From contig OX597825.1 of the NCBI GenBank assembly GCA_951406725.2, positions 30,566,001 to 30,630,000 on the forward strand: a stretch of 64,000 bases of DNA, in the 5' to 3' direction. This stretch comes from Octopus vulgaris (taxonomy: Eukaryota). The notes under the pieces are model-generated. The model made no database searches. It was not told where the DNA came from and saw only the letters and a list, made by a program, of their open reading frames with translations. This document shows, one piece after another, positions 57,338 through 64,000 of the stretch (position 1 is the first letter of the stretch; every line of letters begins with the position of its first letter). A program made the translations under genes and the position numbers.

Positions 57338-57665
57338 TATAAGAGGGATGACCACTAAGAGGACATCCATTATGCTAGATGTAGACCCTTATGGTCTGAC
57401 CACTAAGAAAAGATTGTTCTCAAGAAAATTCACCAAACGCCAGAATGTAAGTGAGCAAGACAAATGAAAATATTTAAAATATAAGGATTAATCACAAACC
57501 CAGTTTCATTGTTACCTCTTATGTAATACTTACGTAAATGTCTGCAATTCAACAGTGTGATCGTCATAGCAAAATATAATTTGCAGAACTAAACCCCATA
57601 TGGTCAGACCATATGGGTCTACATCTAGCATAATGGATGTCCACTTAGTGGTCATCCCACTTATA
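57338..57665. mobile_element. Foldback element (family of 10852-11063) with internal hammerhead-like fold
   Basis: 57338-57402 is the reverse complement of 57601-57665. Confidence 0.85.
57491..57561 (-). ncRNA. Degenerate hammerhead (A6U core change)
   Basis: AUCACA-CUGUUGA-AUUG..CAAU-GAAAC-UGG-GUU-UGUGAU. Confidence 0.5.
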
Positions 57666-57667
57666 TG

Positions 57668-57747
<80 letters not shown>

Positions 57748-57974
57748 TACATATATGTATACCTATATATATACTCATCCACACACACATATGTATACAT
57801 GTACATACATACACATATATATTCAACTTGCGATGAAAATAAACAAAGTTTGCTTTAGAAGCATTGAGATGTATTGAAAGATACAGAAATAGTTTATTCT
57901 CAAATGCATGATAATGCTAATACAATAGCATGAACAAGATAAACTATCCATATATTGCCGAAAAATTTGTTACT

Positions 57975-58046
57975 GGCCAGCCATGAAACTCGAATTCACA
58001 TCCTTGTGATTATGCATTAAGTGCTTTACCTTTAAGCTAAACTTCC
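57975..58046 (-). pseudogene. tRNA-like pseudogene (left arm)
   Basis: D arm GCTT/AAGC, gaattcgagt T loop, followed by T5; anticodon position CAT. Confidence 0.55.
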
Positions 58047-58222
58047 CAATAATGAACTGTTCTGAAATTTTCGAATTTATAAATCTAGCTTTATAAGAAG
58101 CTATGTTAAATTCAACCTACAATGAAAGTAAACAACGTCTGCTTTAGAAGCATTGAATTTAATGTTAGCGTCTTATAAAGCTAGATTTATAAATCAAAAA
58201 ATTGCAGAACAATGCATTACTG

Positions 58223-58294
58223 GGCAGTTTAGCTTAAAAGTAAAGCACTTGACGTGTAACCACAGGAATGTGAGTTTGAGTCTCATGGCTGGAA
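58223..58294 (+). pseudogene. tRNA-like pseudogene (right arm)
   Basis: tagcttaaaagtaaagc D arm, gtgag-tttgagt-ctcat T arm, T5 ~10 nt downstream; anticodon position TGT. Confidence 0.55.
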
Positions 58295-58450
58295 GGTAAC
58301 AAATTTTTCTGTAATATATAGATAGTTCATCATGTTCATGCTATTGTATCAGCATTATCATGTGTTTGAGAATAAATTACTTGTGTATCTTATACACATA
58401 TATATATACACACATACATATATACATTTACATAAACACATATACATACA

Positions 58451-58848
58451 TAGGCGCAGGAGTGGCTGTGTGGTAACTAGCTTGCTAACCAACTATATGG
58501 TTCCGAGTTCAGTCTCACTGCGTGGCATCTTGGGCAAGTGTCTTCTGCTATAGCCCCAGGCCGACCAATGCCTTGTGAGTGGATTTGGTAGACGGAAACT
58601 GAAAGAAGCCTGTCGTATATATGTATATATATATGTATGTATGTGTGTGTGTGCCTGTGTTTGTCCCCCTAGCATTGCTTGACAACCTATGCTGGTCTGT
58701 TAACGTCCCCGTCACTTAGCGGTTCGGCAAAAGAGACCAATAGAATAAGTACTGGGCTTACAAAGAATGAGTCCCGGGGTCAATTTGGTCGACTAAAGGC
58801 GGTGCTCCAGCATGGCCGCAGTCAAATGACTGAAACAAGTAAAAGAGT
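58451..58848 (+). mobile_element. SINE family A
   Basis: Full-length, CpG-rich. Confidence 0.92.
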
Positions 58849-59944
58849 ATACATCTACATACACAGAAATGTACTCACCCATACACATATATATCAAAAT
58901 ACTGTTACAATAATAACTGCTAGATAATTTTTACAAGCATGACATTTGGAGGGAAGGAATGTCAATATACAAAAGTTTATGCATTCTTACACACAATTTT
59001 AACAAAATCAAAACAGGAAAAAAATCAAAAACAAAAAGCAATAATAGTGCTCATGTGTCTATACCGGTAAACATTCATACATTTACACATGCATATATGT
59101 ACACATATGTATATTTCTTATTATGTATAAAAGTATATATTCAATGATTATTAAAGGTTGCTTTTTATAACCAAAGATATTTTTAAAAATATATAAAATA
59201 TATTATGATTATATTTAACTAAATGAATATGTAATTTAAGAGAGTGTATATTTAATCATATAAACTTAATATGTGTGTACACAAATGCGTTCAAAGTATA
59301 AAGTATGACAGCTGTATAGATATAAATTATACATGTATACATATATTCATATATGTATACAAAAAAAACATACACACATATGCATTCCTTTTATTGTATT
59401 ACACAGGTGCACATACAGGTAATTGATGAAAATGAGTGCAAGTATGAAAACTCATACACACACTAACACATACACATGCATGTTTTTATTTAAGATACGC
59501 AAAAGTAATAGCCTGTCGTTGTTTGCATGTATGACTATTCAGATGGTATGATGGATGACATGCAGACATATTCATCCAGAAGTAAATATGCATATATACA
59601 CACACAAACACACATACCCATATATCTATATTATATATACATGTATACAAACATATATATAAATATATATACATATATATAAACATATAGATACATATAT
59701 ATATATAAATATATACCAGAGTAAACACATAAATGTGAAACAAGGTGGAAAAAAAGAGTACTCAAATACCAGTGGTAGAGTAATATGTATAGAGTAATAT
59801 GTATATAAAGTATATAAATATATATATATATATACATATATATTTTTATATTCATATTTATATTTATATATATATATATGTATATATATATACGTGTAGA
59901 CATTCAACAATGATGATGATATATTTATATATATGTGTGTGTGC

Positions 59945-60160
59945 CTCGTCTGGCATCTGTGCCGGTGGTACTTCAAAAGCACCCACTACACTCATGGAGT
60001 GGTTGGCGTTAGGAAGAGCATCCAGCCGTAGAAACATTGCCAGATCAAACTGTGCCTGGTGCCGCCTTCTGGCTTCCCAGACCCCAGTTGAAATGTCCAA
60101 CCCATGCCAGCATGGAAAGCGGATGCTAAACAATGATGATGATGATGATGATGATGATAT
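59945..60160 (+). mobile_element. Family D RTE tail
   Basis: aaaagcacccactacactc...gcatggaaagcggatgctaaac(gat)n. Confidence 0.85.
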
Positions 60161-60242
60161 GTAAAGTCTGAGCACTATACTAATACATTTGTTTGTTTGT
60201 ACACCACCTGCCTTCATCTTTGTTTATTTTCGTAAACTTTCC

Positions 60243-60282
<40 letters not shown>

Positions 60283-60809
60283 GTAAATTGTAAGTTAAAA
60301 AATACACTCACATATCTATCAATACAGTGGGTATATTAATCAAAGTGTACAGTATTATATATTCCTTACGACTGATATTACCAATCGGTTTTGCACTATG
60401 GATTCAACGGAGTGTTTAGTGACAGTTCAACTATGTAACCCTGCGCTCATTAGAGGTAGCCAAAATGGAATGAAATTTGATGACTGCTCTTTATTGTTGG
60501 AGTTGAATAGACACATCTGCTTCGTGGCTGCTGGGAAAACAGATGAGGAAACGAATTGAACAGGGGATTGAGTTAAGAGTTACATCCCTTGGTACATCAC
60601 ATCGTCACTGGAGGTGGCTCTGTTGCAAGTCAGCAAGAGTTGTCTGTAAAAGTTTGTGAGAAACATGTGTGTCTAAAACAAATAAAAGAGTAATAGGAAA
60701 GAATAAAAGAATATTGAAATGTGCTATATATTTTAGGAAGGCATTGGATAAGAGATTCTTTGTGCTGGTTGCTTCAGTTTATATAATTTGCCAGGTTTCA
60801 CAGTCACAG

Positions 60810-61570
60810 CACACCTCCAGAGGTCTCAATCTTTCATCATTGCCTCTGTGAGGCCCAACGTTCGGAGGTCATGCTTCCTGGGTCTACCTCTACTCCAGAT
60901 TCCTTCCACTGTTTGAGAGTGGCACTTCTTCACACACCTCTTCTCATCCATCCATAGTACATGACCATACTAGAGCAAATGTCTCTCTTGCACACCACAT
61001 ACTATGCCTCTTATGTCCAACATTTCTCTCAGGGCGCTTACACTCTGTTGTGTGTGAACACTAACATTACACATCTAGCGGATCATGCTAGCTTCATTTC
61101 TTTTGAGCCTACGCATGTCCTCCACAGTCACGGCCCATGTTTCACTGCCATCAAGCATGGCAGCTCGCACACATGCATCATACAATCTACCTTTCACTCT
61201 GAGTGAGAGACCCTTTGTCACCAGTAGGGGTAGAAGCTTTCTAAACTTTGCCCAGGCTATTCTTATTCTAGTGGTAACTCTCTCCGAGCATCCACCCCAA
61301 CTACCAACTTGGTCACCAAGGTAGCGGAAGCTATCAACTACTGCTAGTTTCTTCCTCTGGAGTGTGATGGAATCTCTTTTCTGAGTATCTGTGGTGTTTA
61401 CTGCCGTTGTACATCTGCTGGACACAAAAGCTATCTTCTGGGTTAATCTTCCTTTGATGTTGCTGCACCTCTTACGTGTCCATAGCTTATACTGGGTACA
61501 TCTCATGGAGTTTTACCTACACCTTTTCTACAGATCAAACAGGGCCACCTACCTGAGGGTGTGTGTGATA
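60810..61570 (-). mobile_element. RTE LINE 3' fragment with a Cys-rich insert
   Basis: ORF 61075-61506 VDSFRYLGD..RIRIAWAKF..GSETW; upstream WPCLICRKGVG..RCTQYKLWTRKRCS..SRC. Confidence 0.85.
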
Positions 61571-62029
61571 TGTTCGCCTTGATGCATGTTTGTATGTACG
61601 TATATATGCATGTATGTATGCATGCATATACAAACATATTCCTATTACTTTCTGATTTATTTTCCTTACTGAGCCACTCCTTGGTCCAAGAGTGACTCAG
61701 ATCTTGAGTTACTCTGTTACTTCTACTTAATAAAAATATACATATACTCATATTCTGAGTTCTGTTTTCCTGTTTGCATCAATATACCAATACACACACA
61801 CTCGCACACATATATGTACATGTATATATATATACATTGGTGTTCTTTTTTGTTAGTGTTTTTTCAGTTAAAAATTATTTTCAGATGTTCAGTTAAAATT
61901 TCTCCAATTTAGATTTGCTTGATAATGCTGCGATGATATAAATTATCTTACATACTATCATTAATTTTAATAATAATATGTATATCTAAATATCTATAAG
62001 TGTATATATGAATATATATACGGAGACCT

Positions 62030-62410
62030 ATTGAGTCAAATACGTCAACACCAGCATCAAACTAAAAATCAAATGGAAATTGTAGTTAAGATACCCGTGC
62101 CAGTGACACGTAAAAAGCACCGTCCGAAAGTGGCAGATGCCAGCGCAGCCTGACTGGCATCCGTGTCGGTGGCACGTAAAAGCACCAAACGATCATGGCC
62201 ATTTGCCAGCCTCCTCTGGCCCCTGTGCCGGTGGCATGTAAAAAGCACCCACTACACTCACGCAGTGGTTGGCGTTAGGAAGGGCATCCAGCTGTAGAAA
62301 CACTGCCAGATCAGACTGGAGCCTGGTGCAGCCTCCTGGCTTCCCAGACCCTGGTCAAACTGTCCAACCCATGCTAGAGTAGAAAACGGACGATGATGAT
62401 GATGATGATG
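62030..62410 (+). mobile_element. Family D RTE tail with three ~65 bp units
   Basis: gtgcc.gtggcacgtaaaaagcacc-type motif x3, then the conserved tail. Confidence 0.88.
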
Positions 62411-62689
62411 TTAATGCAATTGAAACAATTGTTGGATTTTTAAGGTGTGGTCTAAAATAATGAAATGATTTACTTCATACACATTATTGATTGTTGTTAA
62501 TACTCCGAATTTCTTAAAATTATGCATACATATTGTTGGATTTATTTGCCATAATTGAAGATTTACCTGGGATTTGTACTCTACATACACTTACTGGTAT
62601 CAGCTTTTTGGAAATTTAACCTCATTCTTTTATACTGATACTTAATATCTGCCAAGATTCTTTAATCCCATTTTTCCATATTTATAAAT

Positions 62690-63000
<311 letters not shown>

Positions 63001-63634
63001 TGTATGTTATCACATACATCAAAATGACTAAATCCGCTCCCCCCCCCCGGGACTCATTCCATTGGATATTACTCACAGATCACAAATATAACACTTTGTT
63101 TAATGACCCATCTGAATTCACTTACACCAGCTTGATCGAATTTAACATGCCAGCATCACCAATTAGATCAGCAGTTTTAAAACTTCCTGCTGCTTATTCG
63201 TGCACTCAAGCTAATCACCAGTTCTGTAAATTTGGTTCTAATTTTCATTGCTGATTTCTTCATGATTACTTATTTAGATTCATTAAGAACTAGTCAGACG
63301 TATACAATGTTTCCTCAAAGTCTGGAATTACAATTGATTTCTTTTTCTTTTTTTTTTTTTTGTCTTTTTAATACAATAACATATATTGACTGACAATATG
63401 TTGTAAAATTTGTTTAATTTTATCAGCATAATCATGCCAATTCTTGTGGTTCTTGGTATTAAAGACTTCAATATTTGATATGAATACTTAATATGATAAT
63501 AGTAAGTTGGCAGAAATGGAATACTACAATACACTGTGTTGTGATGTTTTCTTATTTTACTTGTATGGTTTTAGTTCAAATCTTGACAGGATTGGGTTTT
63601 GCTAGTCTTGTATTTAATGTTATTAGTACAATAC

Positions 63635-63681
<47 letters not shown>

Positions 63682-63807
63682 CTTGTATCTGTCTGCATCT
63701 CTATTTTTATATATATGTGTATATGTATATATATATGTATATGTATGTATAGCTATATATATATATGTATATGTATGTATATATATCTATATCTATATAT
63801 ATATATA

Positions 63808-63888
<81 letters not shown>

Positions 63889-64000
63889 TATGTATATTAT
63901 TATTATTATTATTATCATCATTATTTAAATCAGTTTGATTCACCTCCACGTGACTTAAAGTTTTGCAACCTTCTTACAGAAACCTAACACAATCAGGCAA

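Larger units (their letters stand above)
57821..58391. repeat. Foldback with ~237 bp arms plus a 47 bp direct repeat
   Basis: 57878-58115 is the reverse complement of 58153-58391; 57821-57867 is repeated at 58110-58156. Confidence 0.9.

Noticed and set aside
60378-60460. Additional minus-strand hammerhead (CUAAUGA..AAAAC..AUU)
   Set aside because: Several core mismatches; at best a dead relic
62095-62260. Repeat-spacer pattern resembling CRISPR
   Set aside because: The spacers are homologous to one another and the array is part of the dispersed family D tail
63020-63260. Possible exon with splice-like signals
   Set aside because: All minus-strand frames are stopped and the plus-strand peptide is not recognisable

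Overview
AT-rich, microsatellite-dense eukaryotic DNA with no credible host protein-coding exon. The repeat content most resembles an octopus or other cephalopod genome (inference from repeat families, not a database result). Almost all listed ORFs are microsatellite or SINE artefacts. Supported content: many tRNA-headed SINEs (labelled A, B, C, F here); RTE, CR1-like and R4/Dong-like LINE fossils; mariner and maT (DD37D) transposase fossils; and piggyBac- and Tc1/mariner-type MITEs. The most notable signal is a set of type I hammerhead-ribozyme folds resembling those of Penelope-like elements: best at 47182-47226, also 56370-56471 and 22199-22250, degenerate at 26716-26756 and 57491-57561. 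Two of these lie inside inverted-repeat-bounded elements, one with tRNA-like Pol III boxes. A further 570 bp foldback carries two divergent tRNA-like pseudogenes. Also notable are an RTE with an in-frame deletion fusing the endonuclease N-terminus to a three-C2H2-finger C-terminus, and several long foldbacks. Repeat boundaries were read by eye and are approximate unless TSDs or TIRs are quoted.
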